From Mycolicibacterium smegmatis (GTDB taxonomy: Bacteria; Actinomycetota; Actinomycetes; Mycobacteriales; Mycobacteriaceae), in contig NZ_LN831039.1 of the NCBI RefSeq assembly GCF_001457595.1, positions 3,450,001-3,482,000 of the forward strand: a stretch of DNA of 32,000 bases, read 5' to 3'. The position numbers and the translations under genes are program-made. Positions within the stretch are counted from its first letter, which is position 1, and the number at the start of each line of letters is the position of its first letter. The notes beneath the pieces were generated by a model. It did no database searches, had not been told where the DNA came from, and saw nothing but the letters and a program-made list of their open reading frames with translations. Positions 8,360 through 16,937 of the stretch are shown here, in pieces.

Positions 8360-9582
8360 GTCTGCCGACTGGGGCTGCGTCGAAGATCGTTGTCAGGCAG
8401 GGACAGATCCGTGGTGGCCTCCCGACGCTCGGTGCGCAGCAATCGGTCGAGTCCGACTCGGTGCAGCCAGGGCGTCATCGCGACCACGATGTTGCGGCGC
8501 AGGAGTTGTCCGCGGGTGCGTGACAGCACGGTTCCATCGGTGCGCAACGCCAGATTCTGGTTCCTCACCACGAAATGGCGCATGCGGTGTTCGTAGGCAC
8601 TGAAGGCCTTCTCCGGTTGGTCATGTCGAACCAGTTCGCTGGCCAGCACGTAGGCACCGGCGACCGCTAGGCTGGTGCCCTGTCCGGACAGGAACGCCGG
8701 GGCGTACGCGGCGTCGCCGACCAGTCCGATCCGGCCGGTGCTCCAGCGATTCAACCGGACCTGACTCGCGGTGTCGAAGAATACATCGTCGGCGTCGAGC
8801 AGTGTGTCGATGATTTCGGCGGTGCGCCAACGATCCTCGGCGAAGGCGCGTCGCAGCTCGGCGGCAACCTCGGAGATGTCATGTCGATTCACGCTGCCCG
8901 GAGAGGGGTGGACGAACGTCAGGAACGCACGGGTGGCGGCACTGTCGAAGGTGCGTTCGATCCCTACCGTTCGGCCGGGGTGGGAGTACATGTAACCGGT
9001 TCCGGGAGCGATCATCTCGGTCGGGATGTCCCAGATGGCCACATAGGGGCCGAGGTGGCGGAGGTATTGATTCTCCGCGCCGAAAGACAGTGCCCGGACG
9101 TTCGAGTGGATCCCGTCGGCTCCGATCACGACGTCGAAAGTCTGGGGATCACGATGGCCGAACGTGACGTCGACACCAGCGTCGGTGGGGGACAGGCCAG
9201 TGATGGTGTCCCCGAACACGTAATCGGCACGACCGGCACTGGCTTCGAAGAAGATTCGAGTGAGCGCGCCCCGGGTGATCTCGATATCTCCGGCATCTGG
9301 GTCGTTGAGCACTTCACCCATGTCAAGCCGCGCGAGCCGGCGCCCGCCGGGGGTGAGGAAATCCATGAGCGGGTGCTGGTAACGGTTGGCGGTGATCTGC
9401 TGGAGAAGACCCATCCGATCAACGGCTTCGACCGCGGCGCCGCGAATGTCGATGGGGTATCCGCTGGAGCGGAGTTGTTTCGCGCGCTCGATGACAGTGA
9501 CCTCCCATCCGGCTTCCGTGAGCCAGAAGGCGAGGGCGGGTCCGGCGATGCCGGCGCCGCTGATCAAGGCGCTGCGCGTCAT
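8356..9582 (-). CDS. Class-A FAD-dependent monooxygenase (TetX-like architecture)
   Basis: The N-terminal dinucleotide fold is ALISGAGIAGPALAFWL. Other family motifs are DVVIGADGIHSNVR and GDAAYAPAFLSGQGTSLA. GGGAGA precedes ATG 9582. Confidence 0.85.
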   Translation of the reverse strand: MTRSALISGAGIAGPALAFWLTEAGWEVTVIERAKQLRSSGYPIDIRGAAVEAVDRMGLLQQITANRYQHPLMDFLTPGGRRLARLDMGEVLNDPDAGDIEITRGALTRIFFEASAGRADYVFGDTITGLSPTDAGVDVTFGHRDPQTFDVVIGADGIHSNVRALSFGAENQYLRHLGPYVAIWDIPTEMIAPGTGYMYSHPGRTVGIERTFDSAATRAFLTFVHPSPGSVNRHDISEVAAELRRAFAEDRWRTAEIIDTLLDADDVFFDTASQVRLNRWSTGRIGLVGDAAYAPAFLSGQGTSLAVAGAYVLASELVRHDQPEKAFSAYEHRMRHFVVRNQNLALRTDGTVLSRTRGQLLRRNIVVAMTPWLHRVGLDRLLRTERREATTDLSLPDNDLRRSPSRQT

Positions 9583-9657
9583 GAGTCTCCCAATTCCGTT
9601 GAGCAGGTTGACGTGACCACCGCGGAGATGAATCGGCGGTTCACCGGAAGGACAGAA

Positions 9658-9709
9658 TTAGCTACACATGTGTTGCTTATTCCGAACGGTACACATGTGC
9701 GTTAAGCTA
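9658..9709. promoter_or_regulatory. Candidate TetR operator pair in the divergent promoter region
   Basis: ACACATGTGT (9664-9673, perfect 10-bp palindrome) and CACATGTG (9692-9699) are each flanked outward by AGCTA. Both lie between the monooxygenase start (9582) and the TetR start (9715). Confidence 0.4.
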
Positions 9710-9714
9710 CGCAA

Positions 9715-10317
9715 GTGTCCTCTAAAAGTCCGTCCGTGCAGCGGCGTCGTGGGTCGGCACTGGAATCCGCGATCCTCGACGCGGGCTGGGACCAGCTCAT
9801 CGAAGCCGGCTACGACGGCTTCACCATCGAGGCGGTCGCAACGCGGTCCGGTTCGGCGCGGTCGGTGCTCTATCGACGCTGGCCGTCTCGGCTGGACCTA
9901 CTGAAAGCGGTCATCCGGCACCGCGGTGAGATCGACCGGATCCCGGTTCCTGACACCGGGACGCTGCGCGACGACGTGGTCGCGGTCCTGACCGAGTTCA
10001 ACGACCGGCGATCACGCATCATCGGAATCATCGCCGCTCGACTGGGTGCCTACTTCGACGAACCGGATGGGTCGCCGAAGCAACTGCGCGATCTGTTCCT
10101 GAGCGATGGGCCGACGGCGATGGAAACCATCGTCGAGCGCGCGGTGCAACGTGGCGAGCTTGCGGCGGTGCCGCCGGCCCGGATCGTCTCGCTGCCGGCA
10201 GACCTGGTGCGGCACGAACTGCTCATGACCATGACGGCGGTGCCGGCCGACACCATCCGCGAGATCGTCGACGACATCTTCCTGCCGCTGGCAACCAGAT
10301 CCGGCCAGGAACGCTAG
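9715..10317 (+). CDS. TetR-family transcriptional regulator
   Basis: The N-terminal HTH is FTIEAVATRSGSARSVLYRRWPSRLDLL, with a helical C-terminal ligand domain. The gene is divergent from the monooxygenase-MFS operon. Confidence 0.85.
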   Translation: MSSKSPSVQRRRGSALESAILDAGWDQLIEAGYDGFTIEAVATRSGSARSVLYRRWPSRLDLLKAVIRHRGEIDRIPVPDTGTLRDDVVAVLTEFNDRRSRIIGIIAARLGAYFDEPDGSPKQLRDLFLSDGPTAMETIVERAVQRGELAAVPPARIVSLPADLVRHELLMTMTAVPADTIREIVDDIFLPLATRSGQER

Positions 10318-10344
10318 CGACGCCCAGACGTCGCCATCTTGACC

Positions 10345-10769
10345 TCAGTCCGGGCGGTGAGGATCGCGATCGGCGTAGGCGGCGACCGCGGTGTCGCGGA
10401 AGGCTGCCGCCGATGGTGGCAGATAGCGGTCGGCAATCCAGCCCACGGCGATGGGACGAACCAATTCTTCGTCGTCGGTGCGGATCTCGACGGTGCCGGG
10501 GTGTCGGACCGGCGCGCGTGGGAGGACCCCGACGCCCAACCGAGCACCGATCAGTCCCCGCAACGTGGCAATGTCGGTCCCTTCGAAGATGATCGGCGGG
10601 CTGACGCCGTGTCGTCGGCACGCGTCGTCGAACAGTCGACGCAGGGTGTGATCGCCGTCGAGGGCAACCACGGGTTCCTCGGCCAGCTCGGCGAACCCGA
10701 TCGACCGCCGTTTTGCCAGACGGTGTCCATGCCACACCACGGCATAGAGCCGCTGGGTGAACAGCGTGT
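10345..10769 (-). pseudogene. LysR-family regulator, C-terminal (effector-domain) fragment only
   Basis: The translation ..TLFTQRLYAVVWHGHRLAKRRSIGFAELAEEPVVALDGDHTLRRLFDDACRRHGVSPPIIFEGTDIATLRGLIGARLGVGVLP matches the LysR substrate-binding domain. The HTH and the first ~150 aa are missing. The frame runs straight into the truncated IS3 copy at 10770. Confidence 0.75.
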
Positions 10770-11452
10770 TCGCTGTAGGGGTTGTCGTTGGATACCTTGG
10801 GCCGCGAATGCGAGCGGATGACGCCCAGATCCGAGAGCAGTCCGGCGACGGTGTTGCTGGTCATCGAGGTGCCCCGATCAGCGTGCACGACGTGTGGGAT
10901 GCCGTAGGTGCCGAAGATCTGTTCCATCATCTCCTTGGCCAGCTGGCCGCATTCGCGGGCGTGCACATGGACCCCGACGATGTAACGCGAGTAAATGTCG
11001 ATCATCACGTAGGCGTCGTAGTAGACCCCTTTGACCGGGCCGGCCAGTTTGGTGATGTCCCACGAATACACCTGCCGCGGCGCGGTGGCCACCAGTTCCG
11101 GGCAGACCGCTTTGCGGTGCCGGGCCAGCCGACGGCGCTCCTTGACCAGCTTGTTGGCATTGAGGACGCGGTACATCGTCGACACCGAACACAGGTAGCT
11201 GCCTTCATCGAGCAACGTGGCCCACACCTGCATCGGCGCGGCATCGACGAACCGGGCACTGTTGAGCACCTCAACCACCCGGGCGCATTCGGACTCGGTG
11301 AGCTTGTTGACCGGGACCGGTCGTGGTGCCCGATCGGCAGGCGCCGGCGCGGGTTTGGCGCGTCGAGTGGCCGTCGAGCGGTGCATGCCGGTCACCTCCG
11401 CGGCCTTGCGGGTCGGAATCTGGATATCCCGCAGATCGTTGTAGGCATCCAT
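10770..11452 (-). pseudogene. IS3-family transposase OrfB, 3'-truncated
   Basis: The first ~227 aa are identical to 21883..22896 up to ..SNDNPYSE. Track ORF 10223..11452 then reads through into unrelated DNA antisense to LysR/TetR. Confidence 0.85.
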
Positions 11453-11880
11453 CAGCGCTTGGTCGGCGGCGTGTCGGTGTCCGCGCTCTCGGAGAGAGAC
11501 TCCAAGAGCGCGTGTGCTTTTCCCATGATCCCCAGGGCAGCCTCGGTGGTCGCCAGCCGATTATTGGCCTGGGCGAGTTCCTTTTTCAGGCGGGCGATCT
11601 CGGCCTGCTCGCGGGTGAGTTTACCGACCTTCTCCCCAGGTGCCTTGCCTTCCAACACCCCAGCATCGCGTTGTTTGCGCCACTCGGCGATCTGCGAGGA
11701 ATACAACCCCTCACCGCGCAGGTACGCCCCACCATCGTTGGTCGTACAGGCCTGCTCATAGGCATCCAGGTGGGCCAGCTTCTGCGCCGGAGAAATCGAG
11801 CGCCGCCGGCGCGGGCCATCAGATCGCGGTGAAGGTGCCACCGCTCCAGTCTCGCGCACAGCAGCCATCGTCGTCGTCAT
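11452..11880 (-). CDS. IS3-family transposase OrfA (HTH/leucine-zipper part)
   Basis: The 142-aa translation is letter-identical to 21455..21883. It carries the LTREQAEIARLKKELAQANNRL coiled-coil typical of IS3 OrfA. Confidence 0.9.
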   Translation of the reverse strand: MTTTMAAVRETGAVAPSPRSDGPRRRRSISPAQKLAHLDAYEQACTTNDGGAYLRGEGLYSSQIAEWRKQRDAGVLEGKAPGEKVGKLTREQAEIARLKKELAQANNRLATTEAALGIMGKAHALLESLSESADTDTPPTKR

Positions 11881-11936
11881 GGTTCAGGTGATTCCGTTCT
11901 CGCCCCGAGATCAAGCCAAGTTGCCAAGTTGCTAAG

Positions 11937-13594
11937 CCTGAATCCGTGGAGCGGCCCTCCTTGAGGTGTCCGTGTGTGGTTTCTGCTGCGTTCGGTGTTG
12001 CGGGCATGCGGTAGTTGCTGGTCTGCCCAGCTTTTCCTGTGTGCTCCGGTTGGGCCTGTTCGGCGCGTTGGTCAGGTCGTTGCCGGTAGCGGTGGGCTGT
12101 ATCCGATGGTGTTGCGCCACAACGTGAGCCAGTGCTCTGTCCAGGGCCAGTGCTCGGGGAGGTGCAGGATCGGTCGACGCTGGGGTCGGGCCAGACGGGC
12201 GGGAATGTTGACGATCTTGCGGCGCAGCGTCGCGCCGCGGGCAACCACGTGGGCACCTCCTGCGAGCACGCCGGCGGCGCGCAGCAGGTTGTGCGCGATC
12301 GCCGCGCACAACACCCACGCACTGTTGGCACCGAACTGTCCTGAGGGCATGTGGGCCAGGGGTCCGTCGATCAGATCGGCGAAGACGGTTTCGATGATCG
12401 CGTGCTGGCGGTGGGTGATGTCAGCCTCGGCGGTCGGCAAGTCTGTGTTGGTGAAGAACGGGTGATACCGCCACACCGGGAACAGCGCGTCCCGAAATCT
12501 CGCGTCTTTGACTCGCCGCACCACCAACCGCGCGGTGAACCGATCTTTGGTAGAGGCGAAGGCGGTGTAGCTGACCTCGGCGACCTCGGCATCAGAAATC
12601 CAGTCACCGGTGTCGGGATCACGCACTGCACCGGGATAGTTGACCGGCTCCCAGGCCTGCTCGTCGATCGAACTGATGGCCCGATCAACCGCGGTATTGC
12701 GGGTCATCACCACCGAGAAGTGCGCATTGTGGGCTCGGCAGGCGCCCACCACCGACCGGGTGCCGTAGGACGAATCGCCACGCACCAGCAGTTGCCCGCG
12801 CACGCCGGCGGCGCGGGCGGTGGCGATGGCTTGGGCGACCATGCGGCCCGCACCCTTCCCGGAACTGGTCTTACCGGCGCGCAGCCGCATCCCGGCGATC
12901 ACCGGCGCCGCTCCGGGGGTGCTGATCGTCGTCGCCAACGGGGAGAGCCCTTTACGCAGAACCTGCTTACCAGCGATCTTGGTATGCCCGTAGGAGGCAC
13001 CCTGTTTGGCGTGGCCATAGACCGGGCGCAGCAGTGAGTCGATGTCGATGAACGCCCCCGTGTCGGATCCGGGCAGCAGGTCCACCCGCGCACAGAGTGC
13101 GGCCAGATGATGACGCAGGACCGACTCCAACTGCCGGGCGTGTCCGAAGGTGAACTCCCGCAACAAAGTACCAACAGTTGACGGTGCATACACACCGCCA
13201 AAGAGTGTCTTCATGCCACCGGCGCGAACCAAGTCGAGGTCATCGATGCTGTCCGCGCCGACACACATGCCGGCGATCACCGTGGTCAGCTTCGGGGACG
13301 GATTCGCCGAGCCGGATTTGATCTTCGGTGCCGGAATGGAAATCTTGTCGGCCAACAACTTCGGTAGTCCGGTCTGGGCCGCCAACGTCATCACCGGCAC
13401 CAGACCGGCGCACGACACGAGATGGGCATCATCGAAGACCGCCGACGACACGGCGAACCTATGGGACACTTGCACCGGAAGTGCCTTTCGAAGTTGTGCC
13501 GATAAGTGCCTAGAGAACACTCATCATCACAGCTCAGAAGGCACTTTCCTCGTCACGACACCCTGCGACCAGCCAATTCATCGGTGGATCGAGG
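11937..13594 (-). mobile_element. IS1380-family insertion sequence nested inside IS3 copy 1
   Basis: 1658 bp. The ends are CCTGAATCC.. and ..GGATCGAGG (imperfect inverted repeats starting CC). It is flanked by a direct CTAAG repeat (11932-11936 and 13595-13599). The uninterrupted sequence ..TTGCTAAGTACC.. is visible in copy 2. Confidence 0.8.
12072..13520 (-). CDS. IS1380-family DDE transposase
   Basis: 482 aa. The N-terminus ..SAVFDDAHLVSCAGLVPVMTLAAQTGLPKLL is typical of the IS1380 family, as are the later segments LVRGDSSYG and HRQHAIIETVFADLI. Confidence 0.85.
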   Translation of the reverse strand: MFSRHLSAQLRKALPVQVSHRFAVSSAVFDDAHLVSCAGLVPVMTLAAQTGLPKLLADKISIPAPKIKSGSANPSPKLTTVIAGMCVGADSIDDLDLVRAGGMKTLFGGVYAPSTVGTLLREFTFGHARQLESVLRHHLAALCARVDLLPGSDTGAFIDIDSLLRPVYGHAKQGASYGHTKIAGKQVLRKGLSPLATTISTPGAAPVIAGMRLRAGKTSSGKGAGRMVAQAIATARAAGVRGQLLVRGDSSYGTRSVVGACRAHNAHFSVVMTRNTAVDRAISSIDEQAWEPVNYPGAVRDPDTGDWISDAEVAEVSYTAFASTKDRFTARLVVRRVKDARFRDALFPVWRYHPFFTNTDLPTAEADITHRQHAIIETVFADLIDGPLAHMPSGQFGANSAWVLCAAIAHNLLRAAGVLAGGAHVVARGATLRRKIVNIPARLARPQRRPILHLPEHWPWTEHWLTLWRNTIGYSPPLPATT

Positions 13595-13633
13595 CTAAGT
13601 ACCAGTGGACTCAACTCACCCTGACACCCAGGG

Positions 13634-14623
13634 GCCGCAGGCGCGGTTCCATTGTCGGTGCCCAGCGAGATGCACGTGACCCAGACTTCCCGGTATCAAA
13701 AGATGCTTGCGGACTATCAGCTGTTGGCACGCGAACAACTAATCTGCGGGACCCAGATTCATATTGGAATCGACGACCGTGATGAGTCTGTCCTAGTGGC
13801 CGGCAGAGTGGCCGCCTATATTCCCACTCTGCTTGCGTTGAGCGCGAGTTCGCCATTCTGGTCCGACGGATCTGACACCGGCTACAGCAGCGTCCGCACA
13901 TTGGTATGGCAGCGATGGCCGACCACCGGTCTGGCGCCTCCGGCCACGTCAGCCGCGGAGTACGACACCTTGATCTCCAATCTGATTGCGACCGGAGCGA
14001 TCACCGATGCGGGGATGTCATATTTTGACGTTCGCCCCGCCCTACGAACCCCCACCTTGGAGCTGCGCGTGTGCGATAGCTGTCCACGCGCCGACACCAT
14101 CGTGCTCATCGCGGCGCTATTCCGCGCGCTCGTCGAACGCGAAATCGAGGGACTACGCGCCGGCGTGCCTGCCGCCATAGTGGTGCCCCCGCTCGGCCGT
14201 GCCGCGCTGTGGCGAGCCGCCCGGTCAGGGCTGGAAGGCGACCTGGTGGACTTGATACATCCGGCGAGTCGCCCCGCGTGCGATGTGGTTACCGACTTGG
14301 TCCAGATGCTGCGCCCACAGCTGGAGGCATCCGGCGACTGGCATCCCGTTGAGGAGTTGGCGCGCAAGGCTCTGGCGCAGGGCAGTTCGGCGGCCCGGCA
14401 GCGCCGCGTCATGCGCATGCGCAACAGCCTGCTCGACGTCGTGGATCACCTCATCGCTGAGACCTCAGACGTCGCGCCCGGCGCCCGCGGTGCGTTGGCA
14501 AGCCAGAGTAACGGGGTAGGATCACCACTATCAGTGGTATTTCGAACACGCGACCATTTTGAGTGTGTCATCACTGATTTGAAGGACAGGGCCGCATTAC
14601 ATGGTTCAGATGGGAGCGTCAGT
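13634..14623 (+). pseudogene. GCS2 / YbdK-type carboxylate-amine ligase, 5'-truncated at the IS3 end
   Basis: The frame is open from the first base after the IS3 terminus. The translation ..TSRYQKMLADYQLLAREQLICGTQIHIGIDDRDESV..LLALSASSPFWSDGSDTGYSSVRTLVWQRWPTTG..YFDVRPALRTPTLELRVCD matches family motifs. Roughly the first 100 aa are missing. The 3' limit is approximate because the frame continues in phase into the DUF5994 gene. Confidence 0.75.
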
Positions 14624-15169
14624 ATGACGCCACAGCAGACACGCAGAAATGATCAGCGCTCCATCGTTCCGGCGCGCACGCCGCGCCTGCGGTTAAAGCC
14701 CAAAGCACCTCAAAGCGGCTATGTTGACGGGGCGTGGTGGCCCCGCAGCGAAGATCTCAGCGTAGAGCTGCCAGACCTGTTGGCCGTGCTCTCGGTACGA
14801 CTGGGCCGCATCGACCGAGTGCTTTATCACCTGAATGCATGGGTCAAAGCGCCGCGAAAGCTCACCACCGGAGGACGGACGGTACGCCTGGACGGATATC
14901 GCCTTCAGCCGATCAACACCATCGAAGTTCTCGGGCTCGACGGTGACCGGCTCACGCTACTGGTGGTTCCGTCCCACACTGATGCCCACGACGCACACCG
15001 CACCATGATGACCGCGGCGCAACCCCACAACGCCGCGACCGTCGACGGACTTCTCATGATTAGCCAACGAGACCGTGACATACGCACCGAGGCATCGACT
15101 GCTCAAGAATGCTGGGAATCAGAAGGCGGAACTACGGCTTCCCCACGGTTGGCGCAGCTGCCCGGCTGA
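14624..15169 (+). CDS. DUF5994-family protein (paralogue 1)
   Basis: The translation MTPQQ..PRLRLKPKAPQSGYVDGAWWPRSEDLSVELPDLLAVLSVRLGRIDRVLY.. is about 60 percent identical by eye to the product of 16938..17525. A shared 14-nt element CAGATGGGAGCGTC lies just upstream of both ATGs. Confidence 0.7.
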   Translation: MTPQQTRRNDQRSIVPARTPRLRLKPKAPQSGYVDGAWWPRSEDLSVELPDLLAVLSVRLGRIDRVLYHLNAWVKAPRKLTTGGRTVRLDGYRLQPINTIEVLGLDGDRLTLLVVPSHTDAHDAHRTMMTAAQPHNAATVDGLLMISQRDRDIRTEASTAQECWESEGGTTASPRLAQLPG

Positions 15170-15197
15170 CACCGAAACTTCCACTGCGGATCCGCAC

Positions 15198-15238
15198 CCG
15201 CGGGAGGGCACGCTCCCTCTGGGGTCTTCGCGGTTTTT
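15198..15238 (+). terminator. Possible intrinsic terminator after DUF5994 paralogue 1
   Basis: CCGCG (15198-15202) can pair with CGCGG (15229-15233), enclosing an inner GGGAG/CTCCC stem. A TTTTT run follows at 15234-15238. Confidence 0.35.
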
Positions 15239-16731
15239 AAGTGGGTGGGCGTGTGGATCGTCGCCCGCCCCAACATATTCGGGCATTTGGTTGGGGGTGT
15301 CGAAGAAGTTCTCACAGACCCACGCCATCTCGTTGCCGTTGACCTGAACGGTGACCATTTTGATCTTCAAGATGCCGGAGTCCGAATCGCAGCGCGGTTT
15401 TGTTGCCGTGCCGGTGGCCGCAGTGTTCGAAAAAGACTTCGCCGTTGTATTGCGTGACATCCATGTCGACGTCGGTGCATGGGGGCCACACCATTGAAGT
15501 GAAGGCTTGGCCGGTGCGACGTCACAGAAATCGTGCTGACTGTTTAACCCGAGGCCACCTTTCGGTGACGTCTAACGACGGACTTCATGCGGGACCGGCT
15601 ATCCGCCGCTGCCGTCAGTATCTCACCGGCGACGCGTTCAAACAATCCACCCCACCATGTGTATATTGCTCGGGTTCACCGGCTGTGCCCGTGAAAGGCG
15701 CGCGGCGGGGCCGGACACAGCAGGGCATACTGGGCGTGCCGGGACACTCACTCAGTGCCTGGTCCGCGTCAGCGTGTGAGCGGTAGCTTCCGATCGGGCC
15801 TTTGTTGGCTGTCGGTCGTCGGTGCTCAGCTGCGTTGAACGGTGGCGTCCAGGTCGGGATCGCCAACGTGGGCGCTGAGCTGGTGGCGGTCGGCCAGCGC
15901 GATGCCCAGGTGCGCACCAACCTGTCCACAGCAGCTGATCGCGGTGGTGCTCGGCGGTGGTGCTGCGGCCGAAACGGTCGCGGTGCAAACGAAACTCGAC
16001 GCCGCCGGGCCTGTGGTGATCGGTGGGCCCGGGCTCCGCGTCGTAGTGCAGGTGTGGATCCTGGTGGTCGTCAGCGATAGTCGTCGGCTCACCAGACGGT
16101 GTAGTGGCCGTCGTCGAGTGAGGTTTGATAGCGGCGATCACCGCGGCGCTGACCAGGGCGTCGAGGGCGATGGTCGATTCAACAGTGGTGCGCAGGATGA
16201 AGCTGATCATGGGACCGGCTTGGTCAGTGTTTCGGGGCGGCCTGCTGTCTGAAGCTTCAAAGAGCTCGCCGGCCATGCGGAGTGTCACCGCGGGGCCGGG
16301 GAATCGTGCCCTGTGAATCAAGTCTAGATCCACCCGCATGGCCGCTGTGCGCCCGCGTTCGCCAACACAGCGTCGCCGTGAGTGCCGTGACAGTCGCAGC
16401 GGCGTTGATGTGCCAATCGGTTGTCGCGGCAGCAGTCGGCAAAGTCGTGCTCGGCGGCGAAGTCGGACGCCGGCCCATCGGTTATCTGCGTCGCGGCTGG
16501 CTGCAGCACAACGCTTTTACGGACACAGCAGTGCAGCAGCTGGGCTGAATCGACCAGTGATCACATCACCGACATCGTGGCCAGTCATCGTCTGACCTTC
16601 ATCAATCCTCATTTCCCAAGTACACGCGCGCCAATACGGCGCAGCACCTGGGGATGCTGAGCGGCGTACTCCTCGACCAGACGCTGAAGGATCGTCGTAT
16701 AGGTCCATAACCCCCTGATGAACTGCGAGCA

Positions 16732-16935
16732 CTATGCGCGGCGATGAAACAGACCGTGCGGCTTCCGCTTCTCGTCTCCGGCCACCTCGGTCCAGCCCCC
16801 CGCCGGATAGGTCGCGGGCTGCATTGTTCCGGCACGGATAACCTCTAATGACCCATCGGCGTGCTTGACGTAGCGGTCACCGAAGCGTGCAAACTCATCA
16901 GTGAGGCCGTCGTTGCGGGTTACTTGTACAGTCAT
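16732..16935 (-). CDS. Small hypothetical protein immediately downstream of DUF5994 paralogue 2
   Basis: ATG at 16935 lies 2 nt after the DUF5994 stop (TGACCATG). The translation is MTVQVTRNDGLTDEFARFGDRYVKHADGSLEVIRAG... It ends at a TAG that is followed in frame by 40 more protein-like codons. Confidence 0.45.
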   Translation of the reverse strand: MTVQVTRNDGLTDEFARFGDRYVKHADGSLEVIRAGTMQPATYPAGGWTEVAGDEKRKPHGLFHRRA

Positions 16936-16937
16936 GG

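Larger units (their letters stand above)
10770..13633 (-). mobile_element. IS3-family element, copy 1: lacks the last 365 bp and is interrupted by an IS1380-family element
   Basis: 10770-11936 plus 13595-13633 are colinear with the reverse complement of copy 2 (copy-2 coordinate = 33335 minus copy-1 coordinate, after removing 1663 bp). Identity starts at TCGCTG (10770) and ends at CCCAGGG (13627-13633). Confidence 0.8.

Noticed and set aside
10223-11452. 409-aa ORF presented as a full transposase.
   Set aside because: It is identical to IS3 OrfB only up to ..NPYSE (10770). The remainder is read-through into unrelated DNA antisense to the LysR fragment and the TetR 3' end, so it is a truncation artefact.
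13652-15169. 505-aa ORF taken as one functional fusion protein.
   Set aside because: The ligase part is 5'-truncated by the IS3 end, and the DUF5994 part has its own conserved start region. I treat them as a pseudogene plus a separate CDS, and have flagged the in-frame continuity as a finding.
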